DNA from: a virus
Taxonomy: Duplodnaviria; Caudoviricetes
DNA length: 26,114 nt
Strand: one strand, 5' to 3'
Virus record (IMG/VR): IMGVR_UViG_3300049166_000009
Location: 1 to 26,114 of that record
The notes under the pieces are model-generated. The model was given only the letters and a program-made list of their open reading frames with translations, was not told where the DNA came from and did no database searches. The position numbers and the translations under genes were made by a program. How positions within the stretch are numbered: position 1 is the first letter of the stretch; each line of letters begins with the position of its first letter. This document shows, one piece after another, positions 1-7,541 of the stretch.

Positions 1-113
1 AATTTATAAAAGTAACAATGAATACAAATTACATTTATTGTAAATATTTTAATTAACATGGTTCTATTTACAGACAAACGCTCAATTAGAACAAATCAGT
101 AACCATGTAAAGG

Positions 114-147
114 AAGCCTCCCACTAAGGATGGTAGTGAGGGCTTTT
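114..147. terminator. Probable bidirectional intrinsic terminator after the endolysin
   Basis: Imperfect hairpin aagcctcccacta/tagtgagggcttt followed by a T tract on +; lies just past the endolysin stop. Confidence 0.7.
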
Positions 148-155
148 TATATTAC

Positions 156-932
156 CTACAACAAACCAATATGCTTCCCAACGGCATTTGACGTTTCAAA
201 ACGGTTCTTACCGCTCAGTATAGTAAACTTATCAGCCTTTAATCCCTTTTCATTACCACCAATAACAATAAGCTCCTTTGCTAGCTTCTCCTTTGATGCT
301 AATGAGCGACTAATGACTGGTGCTCCTAAAGAGTTACTTGCTGCTTCTGCAGCTCCATAGTCAGCGCTTGAATTAATTACAATTGCTTTCTCTAACAAAG
401 TTGATTCCTCCTTATTTTGTGGCTTTGAGACAGGTTTCTTTAGTTTATTTAACTCAAATTGAACCTTATTAATAACTTCATTCCAACGCCCCTCAGCTCT
501 AACACGATGAGGACAATTTTTCTTGCTCCAATGGAAGTGTTGTTTAAGTTTATTTACTCCCCAATTACGTTCGTGTAACAATTGAGCAATAAACTTAAAA
601 GCTAACTCTTCAGCCTTTTTGTAGCGATCTCCACCACTCTTAGAGTAACAAACTTCCACACCGATAGACTTCCTATTACCTATACCATTACCTCCATCAC
701 CACAATGCCAAGCGTTACGGTTAGTGGGAATTCCTTGTACAACTTCTTTATCATCTACAGCATAATGAAATGAAACTTGATTACTGTTACCAATCATGTA
801 AGAAACTTCACCGTTAGCAGTAGCGTCATTGTACGTTTCATGATATGTAATATAATCAGCATCCATAATGTAAGGACATTTGATTGAATGTTTACTTGAG
901 GAAACTAACATTTTTCTAGCTTGGATAGTCAT
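156..932 (-). CDS. Endolysin, N-acetylmuramoyl-L-alanine amidase (Amidase_2, XlyA/CwlA-like) with C-terminal cell-wall-binding segment
   Basis: Motifs ITYHET, SFHYAVDDKE, AWHCGDG, SIGVEVCYS, QH..WS.KNCPH; C-terminal LSGKNRFET resembles CW_binding_2; follows the holin. Confidence 0.92.
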   Translation of the reverse strand: MTIQARKMLVSSSKHSIKCPYIMDADYITYHETYNDATANGEVSYMIGNSNQVSFHYAVDDKEVVQGIPTNRNAWHCGDGGNGIGNRKSIGVEVCYSKSGGDRYKKAEELAFKFIAQLLHERNWGVNKLKQHFHWSKKNCPHRVRAEGRWNEVINKVQFELNKLKKPVSKPQNKEESTLLEKAIVINSSADYGAAEAASNSLGAPVISRSLASKEKLAKELIVIGGNEKGLKADKFTILSGKNRFETSNAVGKHIGLL

Positions 933-1315
933 TCCTTATCGTCCTCCTTGCCTTTCCCCACCTTTTCACGGTCAAAATATTTAGTCAGAAACTTAATATC
1001 AATTCCAATTCTGCTGAAATTCTCTATTATGGACATACCCTCATAAGCTACTATCAAGCCAACTCCTAATTTAATTATGTGTCCATCAGCACTAATAAAA
1101 GCATCCATAAACACTAAGAAAGCCAGTGCTACGAATAAGCCGACTTTCTTTATTAAGCCCACATAGTTAATTGAGCTATTTAATTTTTTCTCTATCGCTG
1201 CTGCTAATAGTCCAGTAATAATGTCGAATAGAATGAATCCTATTGCCACATACCATATATTGCCGACTACCATCGTAATATCAAAGCCACCTAAGGCATT
1301 TGTCATTTGTTCCAC
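929..1315 (-). CDS. Holin (Phage_holin_4_1/TcdE-like)
   Basis: Three hydrophobic segments; DIITG...LNSS...GLIKK...EGMSIIEN pattern; charged C-terminus; overlaps the endolysin start. Confidence 0.88.
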   Translation of the reverse strand: MEQMTNALGGFDITMVVGNIWYVAIGFILFDIITGLLAAAIEKKLNSSINYVGLIKKVGLFVALAFLVFMDAFISADGHIIKLGVGLIVAYEGMSIIENFSRIGIDIKFLTKYFDREKVGKGKEDDKE

Positions 1316-1339
1316 TTTTTCACTCCTCTCTTTTTAAAC

Positions 1340-1366
1340 AAAATAAATAGCCCTATTTAAGGACTA
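1340..1366 (-). terminator. Possible intrinsic terminator before the holin
   Basis: Minus strand TAGTCCT-TAAAT-AGGGCTA followed by TTTATTTT. Confidence 0.5.
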
Positions 1367-1550
1367 ACTTTCCGTCTTCTATTTTGTAATCGTCAATATC
1401 TCCGAACGTATCAGCATCAGCAATGAAGAAGAAGTGATCAAATTGTCTTGCTGGAATAATGTTCTTTCCAACTAATGACTCTGTAATCTTTCCTGTGGAG
1501 TCTGAATCACAATACACTAATAATGAATTCAATATCACCCCTCCTTCCAT
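1353..1550 (-). CDS. Small phage tail-region hypothetical protein (true start possibly TTG near 1532)
   Basis: ORF coupled to the end of Tal; GGAGGG RBS-like sequence precedes the internal TTG. Confidence 0.7.
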   Translation of the reverse strand: MEGGVILNSLLVYCDSDSTGKITESLVGKNIIPARQFDHFFFIADADTFGDIDDYKIEDGKLVLK

Positions 1551-3382
1551 ATGCGAATGATACGACCGTACGCTTTATTGCCTGATACTCCAGTTTTCAG
1601 TCGAACATAAATACCTATAGAATCTCCTGTAGGAGCACCTAAGTCAACTGTTAGAGTTTCACCAAATACTGCTAAATCGCTTTGCGAGTCTGTATCATAA
1701 GTTGTTCTGTGCGCTAACACTTCGCCACTTCTTTCTATTGAGATACGTGAGCCTGCTGTTTCGGATTCAGCATATAACCCAACTCTTACTTTTAGATACC
1801 TAGCATCATGATTAAAAGTGAAGTAATGACAATCTTGTGGGGTATCTTGAGTTGTGCTCCAATAGCGACCATCAACAGTAACGCTATTACCTGTAAATGT
1901 AGGATAAGTTCCACCAATGGTGAAATCATTCTGTTGAATGCCATTATTAACTACAACAAAACCGTCAGGACGTTCAATAGACATAGCACCTTTTGCTATG
2001 TACAGTCCATCACTATTTAACTTAACAAACTTGTCAAAATCATCAGGTGAAATAGCTTGTAATGCTACACCATCCCAAAAGAAAAGGTTATCCTCGCCAA
2101 CAATCTGTATGTTATTTGTTTTGATTAGTCCTGCCGCAAGTAAAGCAGTGTTTATTTGCCCCTTAACAATTGCATCAGGGAAAGTGTTTCCACCATCACT
2201 TGATACACCAATACCACGGCTAGTGAAGCGCGTTAGAAAATTAGGGTCATCAGGGTCTATTCCTGTTAGTCCATTTGTAAAATCCAACTCCGTCTGTGCG
2301 CTCTTTATAGCCTCTGTCGCAAGCTTTATGGCTTCAGGAAGTACACTATATGTCAATCTCTCTTGTCCACTCATAAGCCTGTCAACTGTCTTAGCTGTCT
2401 GTGAGAAGCGTGTAATATCATCTGTGGCATTCTCTCGTAAATTGGATAGTGTGACTGCTATTCGAATAGGTTTTAAGTTGTAATCAAACTCCCTTATAAT
2501 TTCAACTACACGAGCCTCAATGTTAATATTCATAGGCTCATAGATAATAAATAAATAGTCACCAAGCCCTACATTCTCATCTAGAAGAACAGTGTCAATT
2601 GTAATACTCAATTCAGGCTCATCAATCAACGTCTCTTGAAGTCGCTTCTCCATTCCTTCAACGGTTGTAATACGTTCATCATAAACTGGATCAGCATGTA
2701 ACTCCCCGAATTTATCAACGTTAGGAGACCGATACTCAACTTCAATTGGATATTCTCCTGTCTCTTCATCGGGAGTTCCACCGTAACCACGAATCACTGT
2801 TGCTAAATTTTTTGTGCTAATTTGCTTCGAAATTGTCTTAATGTTGTGAGCATATCTAAATTGAATATCTGTCTTTTCGCCTATTTCCTTCTTTAGATAG
2901 ACTTGATTGCCGATAATATAAAACTCAGCATTGTATTTTTTTAATACTTTTTGGAAGAGGGATAAACAATTTTCACTTCCAAAATTCTCGAACGACTCAG
3001 CGTTGAAAGAATCGATTATGTTAAATTCGTAAGATGTGTTTTCAAATACAAAACTTAAAGCTGTTGAAAATGTCATACTTCCGTTATGTACTTTATATTG
3101 AATTGTATTGATCATGTCATTAAAGAATCTATGTACAGAGCCTGCTTGCTTAATTGACTTGTGACCAACACCATTCTCATCAACGTCTTTAATCACGTAT
3201 TCTTCATTGTCAAATTCAACGATTGATTCACCTTCTACCATACCAAATGAATGTTCATTGCTTTCATCAGGTATGACAAAGTAAGACAGAGTTTTGTCTC
3301 CATTAACTTTTTGTACTTGCTCTAAACCTTTAATGTTCGTTAGAAGCTCCTCATTGCCGTATATATCCTTAATTGCTAACAA
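1535..3382 (-). CDS. Tail-associated/baseplate hub protein (Tal, prophage tail endopeptidase-like family)
   Basis: N-terminal ENFG..NCLSLF, FRYAHNIKTI, TVIRGYG, PVYDER pattern typical of Bacillus Tal; GIGVSSDGG..F..AI in the C-terminal part; start placed at TTG 3382 after GAGGTGA. Confidence 0.85.
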   Translation of the reverse strand: MLAIKDIYGNEELLTNIKGLEQVQKVNGDKTLSYFVIPDESNEHSFGMVEGESIVEFDNEEYVIKDVDENGVGHKSIKQAGSVHRFFNDMINTIQYKVHNGSMTFSTALSFVFENTSYEFNIIDSFNAESFENFGSENCLSLFQKVLKKYNAEFYIIGNQVYLKKEIGEKTDIQFRYAHNIKTISKQISTKNLATVIRGYGGTPDEETGEYPIEVEYRSPNVDKFGELHADPVYDERITTVEGMEKRLQETLIDEPELSITIDTVLLDENVGLGDYLFIIYEPMNINIEARVVEIIREFDYNLKPIRIAVTLSNLRENATDDITRFSQTAKTVDRLMSGQERLTYSVLPEAIKLATEAIKSAQTELDFTNGLTGIDPDDPNFLTRFTSRGIGVSSDGGNTFPDAIVKGQINTALLAAGLIKTNNIQIVGEDNLFFWDGVALQAISPDDFDKFVKLNSDGLYIAKGAMSIERPDGFVVVNNGIQQNDFTIGGTYPTFTGNSVTVDGRYWSTTQDTPQDCHYFTFNHDARYLKVRVGLYAESETAGSRISIERSGEVLAHRTTYDTDSQSDLAVFGETLTVDLGAPTGDSIGIYVRLKTGVSGNKAYGRIIRIWKEG

Positions 3383-3401
3383 TTTATCACCTCGCTTTAT
3401 C

Positions 3402-3435
3402 AAAATAAAAAAGAGTCAACACTATGTGCTGACTC
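3402..3435 (-). terminator. Intrinsic terminator immediately upstream of tal
   Basis: Minus strand GAGTCAGCAC-ATA-GTGTTGACTC followed by TTTTTTATTTT. Confidence 0.7.
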
Positions 3436-3498
3436 CTAATTTCTTATGTAATTTCCCTTACGTAGAATTATGTAATTTTTAAAGGGCTTAAAAAGTTC

Positions 3499-4362
3499 CT
3501 AAAGATTTTGTTTTCTCGTGAAGAAAAATTCCATGGAAGATAGGAAAAACAGATAAACAATATACATACCAGCCTCCATAATTTGAGAATCAGATAACGG
3601 AGCATCTAAGCCGCCTCCACCATAATCGACAGGACGTACAATCTCGCTGATGTATGACAATGTTTCTTTTGTATGAGGGTTAGTCTGTTCTTTCATGTAA
3701 TGCCTAGCTAACCCTGTCGCGCTTGGGCCACTCCAAGTTTTAATCGGATCGGATGTGTAAAATTCCCATGTTTTTATTATAGAATTTCTCAATATGTTCA
3801 TTGCACTTTGTCCATTACCTAAGATATACATCAAGTCATCACTGCCATCCATACCATTACGCATCAAATGTATATCCAAGAACGCAAAAGGTTTCATGCT
3901 ATCCATTATGCTCTTAGCATGCTGTGATTCAGCTTGCGTAAAATTATCAAAATCCTGATTCAAATCTACACCATTTGAATTATACCTACCTTCAACATCC
4001 GATTCTGTACTAGGTTGTGTATCATACCCATATGGATTTAATACGGGTATATAGGCAATATGGAACATAGAGAGTAATTTAGATCTAAAAGCTTTATCAG
4101 GAAATGTATTATCTCTTAACTCTTCCATAAATCGCATGCTAAAACTAGTTCCTTGCCATTCTGTTCCATGTAATGAGGCTTCAACAAGTATTGTCGGTTT
4201 ATCTAAATTACCCATCTCAATACAATAGATGTCATAAATTCCACTTTCATCTTTGCCTATGTTTGTGACATTATCAAATTGATTTATTCGTTGTACAATC
4301 GTATCATAATCATCATACGATACACTCCCACCAAACTTATAAGGTATTCTCTTAATTCCCAT
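3499..4362 (-). CDS. M14-family zinc carboxypeptidase-like protein in the tail module
   Basis: HxxE motif (SLHGTEWQG), IPVLNPYG, RYNSNGVDLNQDF, third Zn ligand in FLDIH, candidate catalytic Glu in SYISE. Confidence 0.85.
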   Translation of the reverse strand: MGIKRIPYKFGGSVSYDDYDTIVQRINQFDNVTNIGKDESGIYDIYCIEMGNLDKPTILVEASLHGTEWQGTSFSMRFMEELRDNTFPDKAFRSKLLSMFHIAYIPVLNPYGYDTQPSTESDVEGRYNSNGVDLNQDFDNFTQAESQHAKSIMDSMKPFAFLDIHLMRNGMDGSDDLMYILGNGQSAMNILRNSIIKTWEFYTSDPIKTWSGPSATGLARHYMKEQTNPHTKETLSYISEIVRPVDYGGGGLDAPLSDSQIMEAGMYIVYLFFLSSMEFFFTRKQNL

Positions 4363-4368
4363 CTTCGC

Positions 4369-4884
4369 TTACCCCTCAATAATCCTATAGACTACTTTGA
4401 CGGTGACTACATCTGAAATATCAGGTGTTCCGCTAGTGTGCCTGAAGCCAAGCCGTCCACCCTCTGCAAGAACAATAGGGGATTTTAAATTAAACTTATA
4501 GTCGTTAGCACCACTATCATATGCGACTACGTCAAAATTAGGATGTCCATCTTGCGAAATCCGTGTAGGTGTCGCATGGTATCTCGATCCAGTTCGAATT
4601 GTGTGGAATAGCTGTCCAGTATAATTGTTAGACGATACTACTCCTGCGTTATGCAAAGTAGGGTAGACACCAGTCGAGTTCGTTGCATATTCCATAAAAT
4701 CTATAATTACTTTCTTTCCTTGCTCATCAAATATAACAACATCACCCGCATCAAAAGTCTCATTATGCATTGTTTGGTATACAGTTTCTTCCGACTTTAC
4801 TGAAGGTACCCAGTTGCCGCTCTTATCCTTAACGTAATTCCTCGATTCTATAAAACGTTCGGCTAATTTAGCTAATAATGCCAT
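4369..4884 (-). CDS. Hypothetical beta-rich tail-module protein
   Basis: 171-aa ORF with GGTGGTGA RBS, tightly coupled to both neighbours; no family recognised. Confidence 0.75.
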   Translation of the reverse strand: MALLAKLAERFIESRNYVKDKSGNWVPSVKSEETVYQTMHNETFDAGDVVIFDEQGKKVIIDFMEYATNSTGVYPTLHNAGVVSSNNYTGQLFHTIRTGSRYHATPTRISQDGHPNFDVVAYDSGANDYKFNLKSPIVLAEGGRLGFRHTSGTPDISDVVTVKVVYRIIEG

Positions 4885-4885
4885 T

Positions 4886-5356
4886 TTATATCACCACCCT
4901 ATTTATACTTAAAAGATTTCCTTGTGAATCAAAGTTGAAAGTCGATTCGATTATTTTTCCATCTTTTTCTTCTGATGATTTAACAAGTCGCCCATTCTCA
5001 TATTCATAAGTGGTAACACCTACTGGGGTTTCTTCCTTTGTTAAGTTTCCCTCTGCATCATAAGTAAGGATCGTATCGCCTTGTAAAGTTATTTCTTCCA
5101 CAATTTGTATCAACTGTGAGGAAACAGAATCGTGTTCTGTGATCAATCTTTCTTGTGCATTAGCATGAGTCGTGCCGTCAGAACCTACGGACAACTGACC
5201 ATCTAATGAAACGTCTGATTCTAAAGTCAACGCTTGATTTATTTCATTTCGTACCCCTTTTATATCTGCTTCTGTATCGGTAAAGTTAGCGTTTAAATCA
5301 TTACGATAATCACGATCAAACTTTGTACCTAATTGTCTGTATGGATATTTTGGCAA
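4886..5356 (-). CDS. Putative baseplate/fibre anchor protein with YD/RHS-like C-terminal hairpins
   Basis: N-terminal RDYRNDLNANF coiled segment resembles Bacillus phage fibre anchors; C-terminal TYDAEGNL, YEYENGRL, FDSQGNL repeats; AGGAGG RBS. Confidence 0.65.
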   Translation of the reverse strand: MPKYPYRQLGTKFDRDYRNDLNANFTDTEADIKGVRNEINQALTLESDVSLDGQLSVGSDGTTHANAQERLITEHDSVSSQLIQIVEEITLQGDTILTYDAEGNLTKEETPVGVTTYEYENGRLVKSSEEKDGKIIESTFNFDSQGNLLSINRVVI

Positions 5357-5380
5357 ACAATTCGCCTCCTTTTAAAAAAA

Positions 5381-5408
5381 ATAAAAAAACGCCCCAAATT
5401 AGAGCGTC
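5381..5408 (-). terminator. Intrinsic terminator after the distal-tail C-terminal ORF
   Basis: Minus strand GACGCTCT-AATT-TGGGGCGTT followed by a T tract. Confidence 0.65.
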
Positions 5409-5779
5409 TTAAATCGGAATTCAAACGTCAGTACAAAACTACCGCTTGTTCCAGTTATGATAAAATCATTCGTTCCATTTGCTAAACTAATGATTTTCCT
5501 GTTCGTATCTCGATAAATAGATAAACTATTCTTTGTTGCTCTTACTCCATCTAATTGGAGAACATCTGATACAACGGTTGTTCCTGTATACTCCCACTTC
5601 TCATCTGTTGTTGTATTTTCAATACTAAGGTCAGTTGAGTCACCACGAAAAGTAATAACTAACTCCATGTTACGTGGATTAATCGCTGTATCACCGACAT
5701 TATAAATAGTAAATTCTGTTTCACTATTAATCGTATAGATTGTTTGCTCTGTTACCATTAACTCGCCCCAAGTAACCAT
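5399..5779 (-). CDS. Distal tail protein (Dit), C-terminal half encoded as a separate ORF
   Basis: IYNVGDTAINPR...IENTTT...LDGV...ISLANGTNDF...FEFRF matches the end of Bacillus Sipho_tail/Dit proteins. Confidence 0.75.
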   Translation of the reverse strand: MVTWGELMVTEQTIYTINSETEFTIYNVGDTAINPRNMELVITFRGDSTDLSIENTTTDEKWEYTGTTVVSDVLQLDGVRATKNSLSIYRDTNRKIISLANGTNDFIITGTSGSFVLTFEFRFKTL

Positions 5780-5781
5780 TG

Positions 5782-5934
5782 TTAATTATCTCCAATCTCT
5801 GCCTTTTCAATTGCCTCTAATACTTCTTTGCCCAATCGTGCTGTTTCCTCAATCTGCTCTAAATTACCTTCATAGCGAACAAACTTTACAACCTGTACCA
5901 AAAAATCTTTGTGTTCTTGTTTATTTAATTTCAA
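5782..5934 (-). CDS. 50-aa protein missing from the ORF track, putative fibre chaperone/assembly factor (MKLNKQEHKDFLVQVVKFVRYEGNLEQIEETARLGKEVLEAIEKAEIGDN)
   Basis: AGGAGG RBS then TTG at 5934, open to TAA at 5782-5784; fills the gap between the fibre gene and Dit-C. Confidence 0.75.
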   Translation of the reverse strand: MKLNKQEHKDFLVQVVKFVRYEGNLEQIEETARLGKEVLEAIEKAEIGDN

Positions 5935-5948
5935 GTTATCTCCTCCTA

Positions 5949-6974
5949 TTAAATTCCATCTAACACTACAATCGTTCCATCTGGCTTTCTATATTTTAGT
6001 ACATCATTTTCCACGTACAATACAATACCGCCAACAGGATTTAATGAAGGGATTAAAGTAGCGTTTTTAATTCCAACCATACCGCCACTTCCCTCACCAA
6101 ATTCTGTAGAAGAAGAACCTATCATGATTCCATTACCTGTGAAGTAAGCAGTTTCTTGTGATACTATTTGACAAAGATTAGATATACGAGTACGAATTGC
6201 ACCGTCCGATGGTCGTCTGAACTCCATCATATTAGTACCAGTATCACGACCTCTTACAACCAAAGCAGGTGTAGTATCATCGTTTTGTACTAATTCCATA
6301 ACTCCATCTGGATTTTTTCCAATAGGTGTTCCTACTCCTACTCTTCCTGTACCTTTAATAACAAAATCTTCTCTGCCGTTATTACGAATGTTCATCAAAT
6401 TTCCGGTTGTAGCACCTTCTGTGGCAGTAATAAAGATACCTTGTGCTGCTGTACCAGACGTTTTCAGATCAATGGATAAACCAGAAGAACTAGCATCTGA
6501 ACCATCTGCTTGACCTTTGTGTGATACCTTTATAGTTCCGTGATGTAATTCACTTCCCGTTACCTGCATAGACGAAAACTCTTTATTATCCGATACACAA
6601 TTTATACCAGAAGCAAACCCATCTGTTGAGGCTTGGTAAGCCGTTAAAGCATGAGTAGTTACTGTCCCTGTCGCTTGTTGTTTAACAAAAATACCTTGTT
6701 TACCAGTGTCAGTTGATAAAACATCTATTACAGGTTTTGCATTACCGTCAGTTCCCGTTACCTTTATATCACCGCTAATAGTACCACCAGTTTTATCTAA
6801 CTTATTTGTCTCTATGTCAGCCATTTCTCCATTTAATTCACTTATATCATTCGCTCTATTTTTAATTTCTGCATCAATCTTGGTAAAGTTATCGCTCAGT
6901 GACGTATCCACTTCTGTATCCATATCATCACGATGTGGTTTATACAATGAATAGTTCGTTGTATAACTTGGCAT
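5949..6974 (-). CDS. Tail fibre/spike with phage hyaluronidase (HylP, Hyaluronidase_1)-like beta-helix
   Basis: Fibre-type N-terminus (TTNYSLYKP...NFTKID), KLDKTGGTISGD, and core SMQVTGSE..GTIKVSH...LSIDL..GTAAQGIFITAT.G.TTGNLMNIRN, which resembles streptococcal HylP as recalled. Confidence 0.78.
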   Translation of the reverse strand: MPSYTTNYSLYKPHRDDMDTEVDTSLSDNFTKIDAEIKNRANDISELNGEMADIETNKLDKTGGTISGDIKVTGTDGNAKPVIDVLSTDTGKQGIFVKQQATGTVTTHALTAYQASTDGFASGINCVSDNKEFSSMQVTGSELHHGTIKVSHKGQADGSDASSSGLSIDLKTSGTAAQGIFITATEGATTGNLMNIRNNGREDFVIKGTGRVGVGTPIGKNPDGVMELVQNDDTTPALVVRGRDTGTNMMEFRRPSDGAIRTRISNLCQIVSQETAYFTGNGIMIGSSSTEFGEGSGGMVGIKNATLIPSLNPVGGIVLYVENDVLKYRKPDGTIVVLDGI

Positions 6975-7537
6975 TACAATTCACTCCATTTCTTATATCC
7001 AATATCAAACCACGTTGTTGTCTTCTCGACTGTCTCAGTCATTTCTTCAGTTAACCCTTGTCCGACTTGCCACAACTCAGAATCGAAGGTGAACAAGTCT
7101 AGGGTCGTTCCGATTGATTCTGAATAACTAGACTTGCTTTCAAATTCAATAGTAAATTCACCCATGTTTACAACTCTTTCAGGGGTAAATGAGCTACTTA
7201 CTTCAACTTTCCAACGCTTTGTTGGCTCATCATCTTTGACAATATAAAACTCGTCATCTTTGAAAAGAGTTTGTATTAACTCATTTTTTGCCAATGGATA
7301 ATCATAATAATCCACAGCGAAAAACACACATGTAGCTTGCATTGGTCTAGTATCATAATCTTTTCCCAATCTAATAGATCCACTTCTGCCTTGTATCTTT
7401 TCTTGATAAATGATAGGAGAAGGTGAATCAATAAGAAAGGAACGAACTACTATATTAAGATCATCAGCCATGTTTACCTCTGTGCCGTCCTGATAGACAA
7501 TCTTAAAGTTATGTATTGTCTTTGGTACTTTATCCAT
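6974..7537 (-). CDS. Distal tail protein (Dit), N-terminal half
   Basis: Directly follows the tape measure gene; DSPSP...GRSG...EPTKRWKV...YSESIGTT...LWQVGQGL is typical of Sipho_tail N-domains. Confidence 0.8.
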   Translation of the reverse strand: MDKVPKTIHNFKIVYQDGTEVNMADDLNIVVRSFLIDSPSPIIYQEKIQGRSGSIRLGKDYDTRPMQATCVFFAVDYYDYPLAKNELIQTLFKDDEFYIVKDDEPTKRWKVEVSSSFTPERVVNMGEFTIEFESKSSYSESIGTTLDLFTFDSELWQVGQGLTEEMTETVEKTTTWFDIGYKKWSEL

Positions 7538-7541
7538 TTAT

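Noticed and set aside
1-113. Prophage attachment site at the left end
   Set aside because: AT-rich spacer with no partner repeat, tRNA or integrase in the window to support it.
4886-5080. RHS toxin call for the YD-like repeats
   Set aside because: Only about three hairpins, with no RHS core, DPxG motif or toxin domain.
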